Source of the DNA: an uncultured Chloroflexia bacterium
Lineage (GTDB): Bacteria; Chloroflexota; Limnocylindria; Limnocylindrales; CSP1-4
DNA length: 64,000 nt
NCBI GenBank assembly: GCA_963768655.1
Contig: CAVYIM010000004.1
Coordinates: forward strand, 416,001 to 480,000
Direction of reading: 5' to 3'
Positions within the stretch are counted from its first letter, which is position 1, and the number at the start of each line of letters is the position of its first letter. The notes under the pieces were generated by a model that did not search any database, was not told the origin of the DNA, and saw only the letters and a list, made by a program, of their open reading frames with translations. Made by a program: the position numbers and the translations under genes. Positions 30,703 through 41,510 of the stretch are shown piece after piece.

Positions 30703-31134
30703 CTAGAGGCCGATGACCTTGCGCGGGACGAGGAGGATGTTGAGCACCGTAGAAACAACGCTGATGACGATCGAGGCGACGACCGCGCAACCGATGGCTT
30801 CGTACCCGAACTGGGGTGGGTATCCACCGACTGTGAATCCGATGGACACGGTGTTCTGGGCCTGGCTGATCGCCCAGGCCGTCCCGAGCAGCATCGCCGC
30901 GTTGATGACGAAGGCCACCAGCCCCATCGTCAGAAAGCCGATCGGCAGGGCCAGAGTCTTCACGATCGGCTTGATGTAGCTGTTGACGAGGGCGAAGACG
31001 AATGCAATAACCGCGATCTTCAGCCAGTCCTCGGGCTTGTCGTTGCGGAAGGCGAGATTGAAGTCGGGCACGACGTTGGCCGCCGCGAGCAGCGCCACGG
31101 CATTCACGGCGACCTTGAAGAGCAGGTCGATCAT
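30703..31134 (-). CDS. YvlD / 4-TMS holin-like membrane protein
   Basis: LVNSYIKPIVKTLALPIGFLTMGLVAFVINA signature. Confidence 0.88.
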   Translation of the reverse strand: MIDLLFKVAVNAVALLAAANVVPDFNLAFRNDKPEDWLKIAVIAFVFALVNSYIKPIVKTLALPIGFLTMGLVAFVINAAMLLGTAWAISQAQNTVSIGFTVGGYPPQFGYEAIGCAVVASIVISVVSTVLNILLVPRKVIGL

Positions 31135-31334
31135 CCGCGTTTCCTCCACGACTGGGCGCCGTCCGGGTGCGGCGGCGTCGCATGGTCGGATGCTAGCGCG
31201 CGGGTCGAGCGAGTGTACGGGTTTCGCGCGGCCAATCCTCACCGCCCGTGGGTGGCGGCATGCACCGAAAATGAATGTGATGGGCAATTCGTGGCCGGTC
31301 CGCCCGCTACACTCCAGCAATATCGGAGGAGAAC

Positions 31335-33119
31335 ATGGCCATATTCGCTGAGCGTGTTGACGCGTTGCTGGGCGACTTCTTCCGCCTCTATCCGGTAGCC
31401 GCGACGGCCGCCGGCAATCACGCTCACGACGGTGAGTGGCCGGATCTGACCGAGGCCGGTCAGGCTGACAGGCTGGCCTTCATCGACGACTGGAACGCCG
31501 AGCTGCAGGCGATGCCGGACGCGTCTCTGACACCCGATGAGAGGATCGACCGCGACCTCCTCATCTCGGAACTGGCGGCTCTGCGGTTCGACGAAGTCGA
31601 GCTCTGCGAGGCCGGTTGGGATCCGCTCAGCTACATCTACCTCCTCGGCGGCGGGATCTTCCCGCTGTTGGCCCGTGACTTCGCCCCACTTCCCATACGT
31701 CTGGCCAGCGTCGCTTCACGGCTGGAGCGGGTTCCGGCGGTCCTGAAGGCCGCGAAGAGTCAGCTCGGCCGAATCAACGGCCGGCCGGTTTCGAAGCTGC
31801 ACCTGGAGACGGCGCTTCGGCAGCTGCCCGGGATAGGCGCGCTCGCGGACGACGCCCTGGCCCAGGCCCTGGCGGCCGCGTCGGATCCCGCGGTCGCCGC
31901 CCTCGCGCCTCGCCTCGAGAAGTCCGCCGCGACCGCCCACAGGGCGCTCGGTGGCTTTGCGAGCTACCTGAAGAGGGACCTGCTGCCGCGATCGCACGGC
32001 GAAGGGCGCCTCGGGCGCGATCTCTTCGCCCGCAAGCTTCGTCACACCTTCCGCACGAACCTGACGGACGAGCAGATCCTGACGGAAGCCCGCCTGGAAT
32101 ACGACGCCGTTCGGGCGGAGATGATCCGGATCGCCCGCAAGATCTGGAAGGACTGGGTGCCGGGCCAGCCGCTGCCGACCGCCGCGAGCGAGGGCAGTCA
32201 GGAAGCGGCCGATCAGAAGGTCGTCAGCCGCGTGACCTCGGCAATCGGGCGGGCCCACCACCCGGCCGGCGAGCTGGTCGACGTGTGCAAGGAGTCGTAC
32301 CGCGACATCGTCGAGTTCTGCAAGCGCAAGAACCTGATCGGTGTCCCGGAAGAGCCGCTCGAGATCGATTGGACGCCGCCGTTCCTGCGCGAGTTCGCCG
32401 GAGCGATGCTCGACTCACCGGGCCCGCTCGACAAAGGCCAGAAGGCGTTCTACTTCATGACGCCGCCGCCCGACGACTGGGCTCCAGAGCAGGTCGAGTC
32501 GTACCTCGCCGAAGAGAACGATCGACAGATCGCGCTGACCACGGTCCACGAAGGGACGCCCGGCCACTACCTCCAGCTGGTGTACTCGAACCGCTGTCCG
32601 TCGGTCGTGCGCGCCGTCTTCGGCAGTGGCGTGTTCGTCGAGGGCTGGGCCGTATACGTGACCCAGGTCATGATGGACATGGGCTTCCACGCCGACGACC
32701 CGGCGCTCTTGCTCATCCATTGGAAGTTCTACCTGCGCGCCATCACGAACGCGATGATCGACGTCGGGATCCACGCCGGATCCATGACGGAGGCCGAGGC
32801 CATGGGGTTGATGGTCAGGGGCGGTTTCCAGGAGGAGTCGGAAGCCCGCAAGAAGTGGGATCGAGCGCGGCTCACTTCCACGCAGCTGTCGACCTATTTC
32901 GTGGGCTCGATGGAGATGTGGAGTCTGGAGCGGGAACGACGCCGCCGGCTTGCCGCCGCCTCGGGCGATCCGCGCGGCGCGGCGTCCGTGCCGGAACCGC
33001 GCGTCGTCGGCGGCCTCGGCCGGACGCCGGGCTTCAGCTACAAGACGCACCTGGAATCGGTCATAGCGCACGGCTCGCCGCCGATTCCGGTGCTCAGGCG
33101 GATCCTGCTGGCGGAGTAG
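31335..33119 (+). CDS. DUF885 family protein (putative metallopeptidase fold)
   Basis: HEGTPGHYLQ, FVEGWAVY, QLSTYFVG, HGSPPI. Confidence 0.9.
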   Translation: MAIFAERVDALLGDFFRLYPVAATAAGNHAHDGEWPDLTEAGQADRLAFIDDWNAELQAMPDASLTPDERIDRDLLISELAALRFDEVELCEAGWDPLSYIYLLGGGIFPLLARDFAPLPIRLASVASRLERVPAVLKAAKSQLGRINGRPVSKLHLETALRQLPGIGALADDALAQALAAASDPAVAALAPRLEKSAATAHRALGGFASYLKRDLLPRSHGEGRLGRDLFARKLRHTFRTNLTDEQILTEARLEYDAVRAEMIRIARKIWKDWVPGQPLPTAASEGSQEAADQKVVSRVTSAIGRAHHPAGELVDVCKESYRDIVEFCKRKNLIGVPEEPLEIDWTPPFLREFAGAMLDSPGPLDKGQKAFYFMTPPPDDWAPEQVESYLAEENDRQIALTTVHEGTPGHYLQLVYSNRCPSVVRAVFGSGVFVEGWAVYVTQVMMDMGFHADDPALLLIHWKFYLRAITNAMIDVGIHAGSMTEAEAMGLMVRGGFQEESEARKKWDRARLTSTQLSTYFVGSMEMWSLERERRRRLAAASGDPRGAASVPEPRVVGGLGRTPGFSYKTHLESVIAHGSPPIPVLRRILLAE

Positions 33120-33500
33120 CCGCAGGGCGGAGGCGACCTGCGCCGCGCGGAGCGGTGCGAGAGGGCGGGGCGGCGCGGGGCCGCCGGGGTGGCGCAGGAC
33201 GCAGCGCGGCGCTGGGCGCAGCGCGGCGCCGGCTGAGTCGCCCGGTAGGGCGTCCGGCCCGGCGATCTCGACGTTTGTCCGGCTGCACCGGACAGGATCG
33301 GGCCGAATCGCGGCTTCGTTGGCCGAGCCGACCCCCGGCTGACCCACTAGCGCGCCGCTGACGCTCACGTCGTGACACCGGTGCGTCGCCGAGCTGTCCT
33401 TCGCCGGCCGAGGGTGTCTCGGGGGGGGCTCGAAAGGCCCAAGGCGGCCAGAACTGTCCGGCCCAGCCGGACAACTGCAGGATCGGGGCGGACCAAGCAG

Positions 33501-33597
33501 CCCCGCGCGCCCCGCGCCCCGCGCCACGACCCCGCGCCCCGCGCCACGACCCCGCGCCCCGCGCCACGACCCCGCGACCGCGCGCCACGACCGCGCC
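33501..33597. repeat. 20-bp tandem repeat CCCGCGCCCCGCGCCACGAC x3 plus degenerate flanks
   Basis: Exact copies span 33511-33570. Confidence 0.88.
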
Positions 33598-33609
33598 TGC
33601 CGCGCCGAC

Positions 33610-36600
33610 TTACCCCGCGGTGCCCGACTCCGCGGCCGCATCCTCGAGCTTGTTGAGCTGATAGCCCGACGTTTCGCCCGCGCGAGCGAGGATGGCGGTC
33701 AGGCGGTCGGCCTCGGCCAGACGGGCGGCAACCCCGGCCGCTCCAAGCGTGCCGTCCTCGGCGGCGCCGAGCGCGTCGAGGGCCAGCATCCACCACAGGA
33801 GCTGCTCGAACGACTCGCGGTGGAACCAGCTCACGCCCTCCCAGACGTTGACTCGTATGTAGGGTCGAACGGCCTCGTCGGCGACCAGGGCGCGGACGAG
33901 GGCCGCGGGTCGATCGGCCGGCGGAAGCGCCGCCACGGAGCCAGGCAGCGGAAGCTGGCGGAGCAGACGAATCAGGGCCACGAGCCGCCAGGCGGCGGCC
34001 TCGTCCTGCCCCAGGTCGCGGAACACGTTGGCCAGAACGGGGCCTAGCTGCAGCTCGTCGAGGGCGGAGCCGCCCCGAGAGCCGTCCGGGTCGGCGACCG
34101 TGGCTATCGCTTCGCCGGCCAGGCGGCCGAAGATCGCCACCCACGTCGATGGGTCGGTCAGGCCGGCGCACAGGCGCGCGATGGCGGGCACGCCCGGAAG
34201 CCCGGGGAGCATGAGAGCGGCTTCGGCGCCGAGCCGGAACCCGGCCGTCGCGGCGGCCGCGTCGCCGGTTGCGCCGGCAACCTCCACCAGGGCATGCAGC
34301 ATTCGCTCGACCGCGACGGCGGTCTCCGCCAGGAGCGCATCGATCTCCTCGGGTGTTGCGACCGGCGGGGCAGCCGCCGTCTTCTTGCCCCGATGCGGCT
34401 TGTGGCATGCCGCCTCGGCCCGCGCCGCGCCGATCTCCGTCAACCGGCGCAGCGACCCGTTCTCCGCCAGCCCTCGGACCGCGGCGTGCAACGGCGCGAG
34501 CTGCATCTCGCGAAGCGACGCCGCGATGCTCGCCACTCCCGCGCCGCCGAGCCGCTCCGCCAGCCGTGCCAGCTGCCCCGACGGCCCGTCGTGCATCTCG
34601 CGGATGTCGAGGAAGACCTGGCAACCGTAGGCGTGCAGGTCGACGAACATCCCATCGCGGCACAGGTCGACGCTGCGCCGGATGAACTCCAGGCCGGACC
34701 GCTGCTCGCGCAGAATCGCGTACCAGTCGCCGTCCGGGTGCAAACCGAGTCCCTCGCCGAGCGATCGCTGAACCAGCCGCCGCGCGCCGGCCCCGGCGCC
34801 GTCGTCCGGCACCGAGTAGGCGGCCGAAGTCTTGATCCAGCCGTGAGCTTCGGCGTAGCGATTGTGGTAGACGACGAGCGACCGTTCGTCGCCCGCCCGG
34901 TTCGAGTAGGCGAAGACATCCTCGTTGACCCAGCCGCCCGGGTCGTAGACGTCGTACAGCAGGAAGTCGCGCACGTCGGCGAACAGATGGCGGCGATGGA
35001 AGAGCGGGAAGATCTCGCGCTCGTGGCGTTCGACGAGCCAGGAGTCGACCTCCTCGTCCCGATACGCCCGCCGGTACTCCATCCCGTACTTCTCGGCGAA
35101 GCCTTCGATCTGGCCATGCCCGATCATCGGCAGACCGGGCATCGTCGCCAGCAGCGTGGCCACGCCGAAGTACTTGTCGCCCTTGCCGAACTGGTCCACC
35201 GCGGTCCGCTCGTCGGGGTTGCTCATGAAGTTGACGAAGCGCTTGAGGACCTCCGGGTCGAATTCGAGAGTGTCCTTCACGACCCGACGGTAGCTGGCGT
35301 TCTCCTCGTCGCGGAGCATGTTCATGAAGGCGCTGTTGTAGACGCGGTGCATGCCGAGCGTTCGGACGAAGTAGCCCTCGAGCAGCCAGAACGCTTCGGC
35401 GAGGAGCAGAGTGTCCGGCACCTCCGCCGCGACCCGGTCCACGACCTCGCGCCAGAACTCGTTGGGCATCCGCTCGTCGAAGACGGCGCGAGGGATGGCG
35501 TGCTCCGCGCGCGACGGGATCGCGCCGCCCTGGCCTGGCTCGGGAAACCAGAGCCGCTGGATGTGGCGGCGGGCGAGCGTCATCGCGGCGTCGAAGCGGA
35601 TGATCGGGAACTGGCGGGCGACGTGGAGGATCGTCTGGATGACCGCCTCGCGGACCTCGGCCTGCAGATAGTCGAGCTGGGCCGTGTCGTTCCAGGGCAT
35701 GCTCGTGCCGTCGTTGCCGTGGTAGATATAGCGGGCCTCGCCGCTCCAGGTATCCGTGCGCTTGAATACGACCGCCGCGTCCGTGGCGTCCCAGTAGTGG
35801 TCCTCGATCTGAATCGTGACCCGATCGTCGTCGGCGAGGTTGCCGCCCGTGAACGAGTAGGCGGGGTAGGGCGAGTCGGGCAGCTGGAGGAACCAGTCCG
35901 GATGCTCGATGACCCAGCGCGAGTCGATGCCCATGTGGTTGGGAACCATGTCCGATGAGAGGCGGATGCCGCGCGCCGAGCAGCGGCTGCGCAGCTGCGC
36001 GAAGGCCTCCTCGCCGCCCAGGTCGTCGGCGATGGTGTAGTCCATGAGCGAGTACGCCGAGGCGGCCGCCTCCGGGTTGCCGCGCCACTGCTTGATTCGT
36101 TGGCTGGCCCGGCTGCGCTCCCACAGGCCGATCAGCCACAGGCCGGTGAAGCCACGGCGCGCCAGGGCGTCAAGCTCCTCGTCGGGGATCTCGTCCAGGC
36201 GGTGGATCCAGCGGCCGTAGCGCTTCGAGAGCTGGTCGAGCCAGACGTAGGTCGTCTTGGCCATCAGCACCACCCGCGGCATCCAGTCGCGGTCCTGGCT
36301 GAACCGCTCGTACTCGTTCTCGATGCCGCCGAGCCCGGGGCCGTGCGTCGCGCCCGCGGGACCGGGCGTCGGATGCATCCGCATCCACAACGCGACTTCC
36401 TCTTCGTGGAGGACGTCCAGGCTGACGATCAGCCGATCCATGAAACTGGTCAGGACGAGTCCCCAGCGCGCCCGGATGTAGCGAAGCTGCCCGGCCAGCG
36501 AGTCCGGCTCGGCCAGGGCCGGCGCCCGAAGGAAGGCGATCAGAGACTGACCTTCCCGGCCGAAGCCAGGCTGGTCCTCGAAGAATCGCTGCAGCCCGGC

Positions 36601-37146
36601 GATCAGGTGGTCGTAGTCGGTGCGCTGGGCCAGGTCGGCGTCGTCGAATAGCTCGTCGAAGGTCATGAAGGCTGGGTTCACGTTGGCCAGCCAGAGCAGC
36701 AGCAGCTCTTCGAGCACGATCTCGCGGTTGGCGTGGCCCTCGGTTTCGCCGGCCAGGTAGGCGACCGGATCCATGCCGTCGCGGTGGACCGCCAGTGGCG
36801 GGAACTCCTCGACGAAACGGGCGAGGGCGTGATCGAGCCGCTCCGGCGGGATCTGCGCCACGAGCGCGGCAATGGCGTCGGCCATGACGTTGGGGTTGAC
36901 GGTCCGCCGGTAGATCTCGATGGCGTGATGGCTGATCTCGTCGATCAGCCCCATGGCGTTGAGCTCGGCGGCGTGGACGACGCGGTCGGGGTAGCGGGCG
37001 GTGTCTGCCCGCTCGTTCATCCGCCGGGCGAAGGCGCGCGCGGCGGGGAAGTCCGGGATGATTACGTTGCCGGTGGTCTGGAACAGCGCCCGGTCGAACT
37101 CGTAGCGGTCGCGGGCTGCCTTCGATACGTGGAACTCGAATGCCAC
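33610..37146 (-). CDS. Large GH13 alpha-amylase family protein
   Basis: DMVPNH, IRFDAAM (nucleophile), LAEAFW (acid/base), NPDE. Confidence 0.9.
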   Translation of the reverse strand: MAFEFHVSKAARDRYEFDRALFQTTGNVIIPDFPAARAFARRMNERADTARYPDRVVHAAELNAMGLIDEISHHAIEIYRRTVNPNVMADAIAALVAQIPPERLDHALARFVEEFPPLAVHRDGMDPVAYLAGETEGHANREIVLEELLLLWLANVNPAFMTFDELFDDADLAQRTDYDHLIAGLQRFFEDQPGFGREGQSLIAFLRAPALAEPDSLAGQLRYIRARWGLVLTSFMDRLIVSLDVLHEEEVALWMRMHPTPGPAGATHGPGLGGIENEYERFSQDRDWMPRVVLMAKTTYVWLDQLSKRYGRWIHRLDEIPDEELDALARRGFTGLWLIGLWERSRASQRIKQWRGNPEAAASAYSLMDYTIADDLGGEEAFAQLRSRCSARGIRLSSDMVPNHMGIDSRWVIEHPDWFLQLPDSPYPAYSFTGGNLADDDRVTIQIEDHYWDATDAAVVFKRTDTWSGEARYIYHGNDGTSMPWNDTAQLDYLQAEVREAVIQTILHVARQFPIIRFDAAMTLARRHIQRLWFPEPGQGGAIPSRAEHAIPRAVFDERMPNEFWREVVDRVAAEVPDTLLLAEAFWLLEGYFVRTLGMHRVYNSAFMNMLRDEENASYRRVVKDTLEFDPEVLKRFVNFMSNPDERTAVDQFGKGDKYFGVATLLATMPGLPMIGHGQIEGFAEKYGMEYRRAYRDEEVDSWLVERHEREIFPLFHRRHLFADVRDFLLYDVYDPGGWVNEDVFAYSNRAGDERSLVVYHNRYAEAHGWIKTSAAYSVPDDGAGAGARRLVQRSLGEGLGLHPDGDWYAILREQRSGLEFIRRSVDLCRDGMFVDLHAYGCQVFLDIREMHDGPSGQLARLAERLGGAGVASIAASLREMQLAPLHAAVRGLAENGSLRRLTEIGAARAEAACHKPHRGKKTAAAPPVATPEEIDALLAETAVAVERMLHALVEVAGATGDAAAATAGFRLGAEAALMLPGLPGVPAIARLCAGLTDPSTWVAIFGRLAGEAIATVADPDGSRGGSALDELQLGPVLANVFRDLGQDEAAAWRLVALIRLLRQLPLPGSVAALPPADRPAALVRALVADEAVRPYIRVNVWEGVSWFHRESFEQLLWWMLALDALGAAEDGTLGAAGVAARLAEADRLTAILARAGETSGYQLNKLEDAAAESGTAG

Positions 37147-37575
37147 GGGTTCTCCGAAGCTGCTAGCTGAGCCGGGCCTGAACCGATGCCATCGGTCGAT
37201 CCAGGCGAGTCTAGCAGCAGGGCCGCCGCGCGCCGAGGGCCGCCGCGCGCCGGGGGCGGCTCGCCCGGCGCGGTTGCGGGGCGGCTCCGACGTCGGGCGG
37301 AGTCGTGGGCGGCTCAGCCTCGCGGCCGGCCTGGATCGGGGCCTGCTCACCGGGAGAGCAAATGCGACGGGCCGGCGGGTCCCGGAGTTCTCGGGCTGTC
37401 GTTTCCGCTCCGATCCGGCATCAAATTCGACCGCTGGCGCTTCCGCCGGTCGAGAATTCGGCGTGCGTCGGCCGAGTCTGTTCAGCGTGTGGGCAGAATC
37501 GACGCGCCTGGCCCAGGTCGATCGGCTAATCAGTCGGATGTGCTCACCCGCGGAGCACGATCCTGAACGACGCCC

Positions 37576-39006
37576 TCAGGCGAGCGGCTGGCCGGCGTCC
37601 GAGAGGGCTTCGGCGTAGATGGCGGCGCCGTCGATGCGGCGCGAGGGCGAGCTCAGGAGCGAGAGGTCGTCCACGAGCCGGCCTTCCAGGTTCGTGCCGG
37701 CGGCGCCGTCGACCAGCCGGGCAGCTTTGGCCGCGCACAGCATGACGTGCTTGGTTTCGAGCCGGATCGGATCGCCCCAGAACCAGCCGTCACTCGCGAA
37801 CATCGCCAGCCGCCAGCGTTCAGCCTCCATGAGCACGAGCAGGTTCTCGCGCTGCTCGGGAGTCGCCAGAGGGACGCAGCGGCGCGCGAAGCCGTCGGGA
37901 GTCTCCTCGCTGAAGATCACATCCACGTACTCGTCGCGTGCCCGCCACAACGCCCCGGGCTCCATGAAATCCCCCGCCAGGCCTTCGGCGACCACATCGA
38001 TCGCCGCGGCCAGCCGCTCGAAGGCCGCGCGCAGTGGTCCCTTCCAGCGTCCGTCGGCGGCATCCGGGCATTCGGCCGTCCAGCGCAGCACGCCATGGTG
38101 GCAGCTCCACGACGTCCGTTCCGCGATCTGGGTCGGAAGGAAGGCGCTGGCCGGGGTGTCGCCGACGATCTGGCCGACAGTGGTGACGTCGAAGCCACGG
38201 TCGGGAACGTCCGGGCCGGGGTTCACGAGGCGCGCCAGGAAGAGGTCGCGGAACTTCTGATGGTGGCCGTACAGCTCGCCGTCCGTGGCGATGAGCGCCG
38301 TGATCGGCGTTCCGTCGCGGAAGCCGCGGCCGGAGAGGCGCGGCAGGATCCGGTCGCGGGCGAAGTCGTCGGCGTTCATCGTGGCGTCCGACTCGAACGA
38401 CGCGGAAGCGGACAGGGCGGCGTCGTAGAAGACGACCACGATCTGGCGGCGCCCTCCCAGCTCGACCCGGTACGGACGCCCCGTGTCGAGCCGGCTGTCC
38501 GCCGCCTGCCAGGGCGCCAGGATGGTGTACTTGACGCCTTCGTCGACCAGGATTCGAAGGGTCGGCAGGTCGACGGCGGTCTCGGGCAGCCAGATGCCGG
38601 CCGGCCGGCGCCCGAACCGAAGCTCGAAGTCGCGCAGGCCCCAGCGGATCTCGGTGCGGCGGTCGGCCAGCGAGGCAAGCGGCAGGATGGCGTGGTGGTA
38701 GGACTGGGCCATGGCGTTGCCGCAGCCGCGTTCGACGATCTCGTCGGGCAGGTCCGCGTCCACGAACCCCTGGTGAGTGGCGGGGTCGTTGGCCGCCATC
38801 CAGCCCGCGAGCGTGGGTCCCAAGTCGTAGGAGATGTGGCGCAGGTTGCCTCGCTCGGCGTTGGGCTTGTAGCACTCGGCGTCGATGCGGGCGTTCCAGT
38901 CGCGGTATGGCGCCGCGGCCGGCTGCGGCGCGATCTCCCCGCTGAACGGGTCGCGGCGCTCCGGCTGATAGAAGTGGCCGTGTACGGCCAGCCTGGGTCG
39001 GCTCAC
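37576..39006 (-). CDS. GH57 glycoside hydrolase (DUF3536-associated type, short form)
   Basis: HGHFYQPER, WLPETA, ATDGELYGHH, SWSCHHGV, SDGWFW. Confidence 0.88.
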   Translation of the reverse strand: MSRPRLAVHGHFYQPERRDPFSGEIAPQPAAAPYRDWNARIDAECYKPNAERGNLRHISYDLGPTLAGWMAANDPATHQGFVDADLPDEIVERGCGNAMAQSYHHAILPLASLADRRTEIRWGLRDFELRFGRRPAGIWLPETAVDLPTLRILVDEGVKYTILAPWQAADSRLDTGRPYRVELGGRRQIVVVFYDAALSASASFESDATMNADDFARDRILPRLSGRGFRDGTPITALIATDGELYGHHQKFRDLFLARLVNPGPDVPDRGFDVTTVGQIVGDTPASAFLPTQIAERTSWSCHHGVLRWTAECPDAADGRWKGPLRAAFERLAAAIDVVAEGLAGDFMEPGALWRARDEYVDVIFSEETPDGFARRCVPLATPEQRENLLVLMEAERWRLAMFASDGWFWGDPIRLETKHVMLCAAKAARLVDGAAGTNLEGRLVDDLSLLSSPSRRIDGAAIYAEALSDAGQPLA

Positions 39007-39250
39007 TGGGCGGATGGTAGCGGAGTGGCCGGGGCGGGGGAGGCCCCGGTCGAGGTGGCGGCTTCGGCCCATGACGTTTCGCCGCGAAAGGTAGGCGGGC
39101 GGCGAGCGGGCGTGGCGTACGGCGCGACCGCCCGGCGATCGAACTGCCGGCGAGCAAGCGAGGCGAGGTGCCGCGGTTGTTCGCAATTCCGCTCGGTGCA
39201 GACGCGGAGATGCGACTTGCGGGCCGGTAGCTCGCCCAGCTGCCGGCCGT

Positions 39251-41503
39251 CTACTGTGCCTCCTCGGCTGAATGGTCGATCGTCTGTGTCACGGCCAGGC
39301 TGACGGTAAGTGTGGCGTGATCGCCCGGGGCGAGCGCGACTGGCCATCGAAACAGCAGCGAGCTGCCCTGATAGACGCGTTCGAAGCCGCCCTCGGAGTT
39401 GGAGACGGTCTCGACCGGGTACCACGTAAGGTGGGCGGCCGGCTCGACCGAGGCTTCGATGCGGACACCCTCGTAGTCGTTGCCGAAGACGAGGAGGGCG
39501 GCGGACGGCAGCTCGCCAACGGCGTCGTGCGGGGTCCGCTCCCCGACGGCGGTCTCGTAGTAGGCCGCCGGGTTGTGGCCGCCGCCGAGCAGGTTGATGT
39601 TCCATTCGATCGCGAGCTCGAAGGCGACCGGGGCGTCGCCCCCATTCTCGACCGTCGTCGCCAGCTCGAGCGCGGGCTTGAGGCGTGAGCCGCCGAAACG
39701 GAACGTCTTCTCGACGGCCAGCGGCGCCGGCACGTCGCCAACCGCCACCGAGCCGAGCCGACGGGCCGAGACTCGATCGCCCGAAAGAAGTTCCAGCTCG
39801 TACGGGTCGTCCACGAAGTCGCCGAGCTCCTCGTACGTGGCCGCGACGAGCTGCTCCACGGACGTGGCGCCGCCTTCGGGCAGCAGGTGAACGAGCCCGC
39901 TTCGGCGCTCGTGGCGGTCGTAGTGGAGGAACGCGGCCAGGCCGGGCTCCTTGACATTGACGATGTCGTGGATCGTTCGGGGCGCCTCGTCCGGGGGCGG
40001 GGCCCCGTCGCCCACCGCCGGATCGGTCGTCGAGCGGCCCGCGGCGCCGCCGATGGCCGCCTCCGCCGCCTCCTGCTCATGAGCGACCAGCCGCGCGTGG
40101 TACGCTTCGGGCCGGCGCCGCAGCACGGAGCCGAGTGCCACGCGGCTGGCCCGCAGGTCCCACGCCGAGATCCCGGCGCCATCGTTGAGGTCCACCACGA
40201 CCGTCTGGCCGGGCGAGGTGGCCAGCACCTCGTCGACCGCGTCGAGGTCCGTGTCGGTGAGCCGAGCGCCGTAGGGCCGGCCGCCGCCGCTCCCCGCGCC
40301 GCCGGCGGCCGTCGCCACCGCCGCGTCGGCCAGATCCTCCGCCGCGATCAGGTGCCCGAGAGTGGCCATGCGCATGTGGACGATGTAGATCCCACCGAAG
40401 AGCCCGTGCCAGTAGCAGTCGTTGGACTGGCCCTGGTATAGATGGTCGAGCGCCCGCGAGACCGTGGGCCCGTCGGGCATGGAGTCGACCTTCTCGGAGG
40501 CCCGCAGCATCTGCTTGTGGAGATCGTTCACCTCGCGGTAGCGGGCGGCATAGTTGCGCCAGAAACCGCCGCGCAGGAACCGCGCCGCAGGATCGCCGCT
40601 CTCGCGGGCTCGCTCCAGCAGCGACGTGAAGACGGGCGTCTCGTCCGGTGGCAGGACCCACTCGGTCATCTCCACGTACGAGGCTGTTGGGAAGTAGACC
40701 CGGGTCGTGGGTGGGCACCGCTTCAGCCACTCCGAGGGCGTCACGGTCGTGAGCCAGGCGGCTTCGCGCTCGCAAGCTTCGAACAGCCGGTCGACCCAGT
40801 GCTCGCGGCTCCAGCAGTATTCGAACGTGCCCGGCCAGGCGCCGAACTTCTCGCCGTCGTCGCCCATCATCCCCACGTACCGGCCGTCCGGCGTGGTGCG
40901 CTCGCGCAAGTACGAGATGACGTCCTCGACCGGCTTGAACGGGATGCGATAGCGCAGGCCCTGCTCCGTTCCGAAGACCGTCAGCCGGCAGCCGCGGTCG
41001 TCGGTTGTGAGCGGTGCCCACATCTCGTCCTCGCGGATCGAGGCGGCGCGGAGGTGGTTGTCGTCGAGCACGGTCCACTCGTAGCCGGCCGAGGCCAGGT
41101 CGTAGGCCAGCGACGGCTCCCAGACCCGCTCCGCCAGCCACGCCCCCGCGGGCCGCCGGCCGAACAGGATCTCGAGCTCGTCGCGCATCCGGATCAGCTG
41201 ACCGTTGCGATCGCGGTCCGGCAGCGTCACCAGGATTGGTTCGTAGTAGGCCCCGCCGACGATTTCCACCTGGCCGCGCTCCACGAGCCGGCGGATCCGC
41301 CCTATCGCTTCCGGCCGGTTGGCGGCCATCCACTGCAGCAACGGGCCGGTGTAGTGGAGGCCGAGGCGAATGCTCGGATGCCGCTCCAGGGCCGCGAGCA
41401 TCGGCGAATAGGCGTGCTCGTAGACGTCCTCGATGACCCAGCCGAAGTTGCCGACTGGCTGATGGTTGTGGATCACGAGCGCGAGCGAGACGCGGCCGCT
41501 CAC
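39251..41503 (-). CDS. GH57 alpha-amylase / 4-alpha-glucanotransferase (DUF1925/DUF1926)
   Basis: [50 protein letters not shown]. Confidence 0.92.
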   Translation of the reverse strand: MSGRVSLALVIHNHQPVGNFGWVIEDVYEHAYSPMLAALERHPSIRLGLHYTGPLLQWMAANRPEAIGRIRRLVERGQVEIVGGAYYEPILVTLPDRDRNGQLIRMRDELEILFGRRPAGAWLAERVWEPSLAYDLASAGYEWTVLDDNHLRAASIREDEMWAPLTTDDRGCRLTVFGTEQGLRYRIPFKPVEDVISYLRERTTPDGRYVGMMGDDGEKFGAWPGTFEYCWSREHWVDRLFEACEREAAWLTTVTPSEWLKRCPPTTRVYFPTASYVEMTEWVLPPDETPVFTSLLERARESGDPAARFLRGGFWRNYAARYREVNDLHKQMLRASEKVDSMPDGPTVSRALDHLYQGQSNDCYWHGLFGGIYIVHMRMATLGHLIAAEDLADAAVATAAGGAGSGGGRPYGARLTDTDLDAVDEVLATSPGQTVVVDLNDGAGISAWDLRASRVALGSVLRRRPEAYHARLVAHEQEAAEAAIGGAAGRSTTDPAVGDGAPPPDEAPRTIHDIVNVKEPGLAAFLHYDRHERRSGLVHLLPEGGATSVEQLVAATYEELGDFVDDPYELELLSGDRVSARRLGSVAVGDVPAPLAVEKTFRFGGSRLKPALELATTVENGGDAPVAFELAIEWNINLLGGGHNPAAYYETAVGERTPHDAVGELPSAALLVFGNDYEGVRIEASVEPAAHLTWYPVETVSNSEGGFERVYQGSSLLFRWPVALAPGDHATLTVSLAVTQTIDHSAEEAQ

Positions 41504-41510
41504 GTCGGGA

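Noticed and set aside
30703-31134. Prophage suggested by the holin-family gene
   Set aside because: YvlD-type proteins are common chromosomal genes and no phage genes lie nearby.
33365-36139. Long overlapping ORFs (924 aa here; also 18211-20535, 26632-28923, 58092-60008 and others)
   Set aside because: Arg/Pro/Gly-rich shadow frames expected at very high GC; they overlap well-supported genes.
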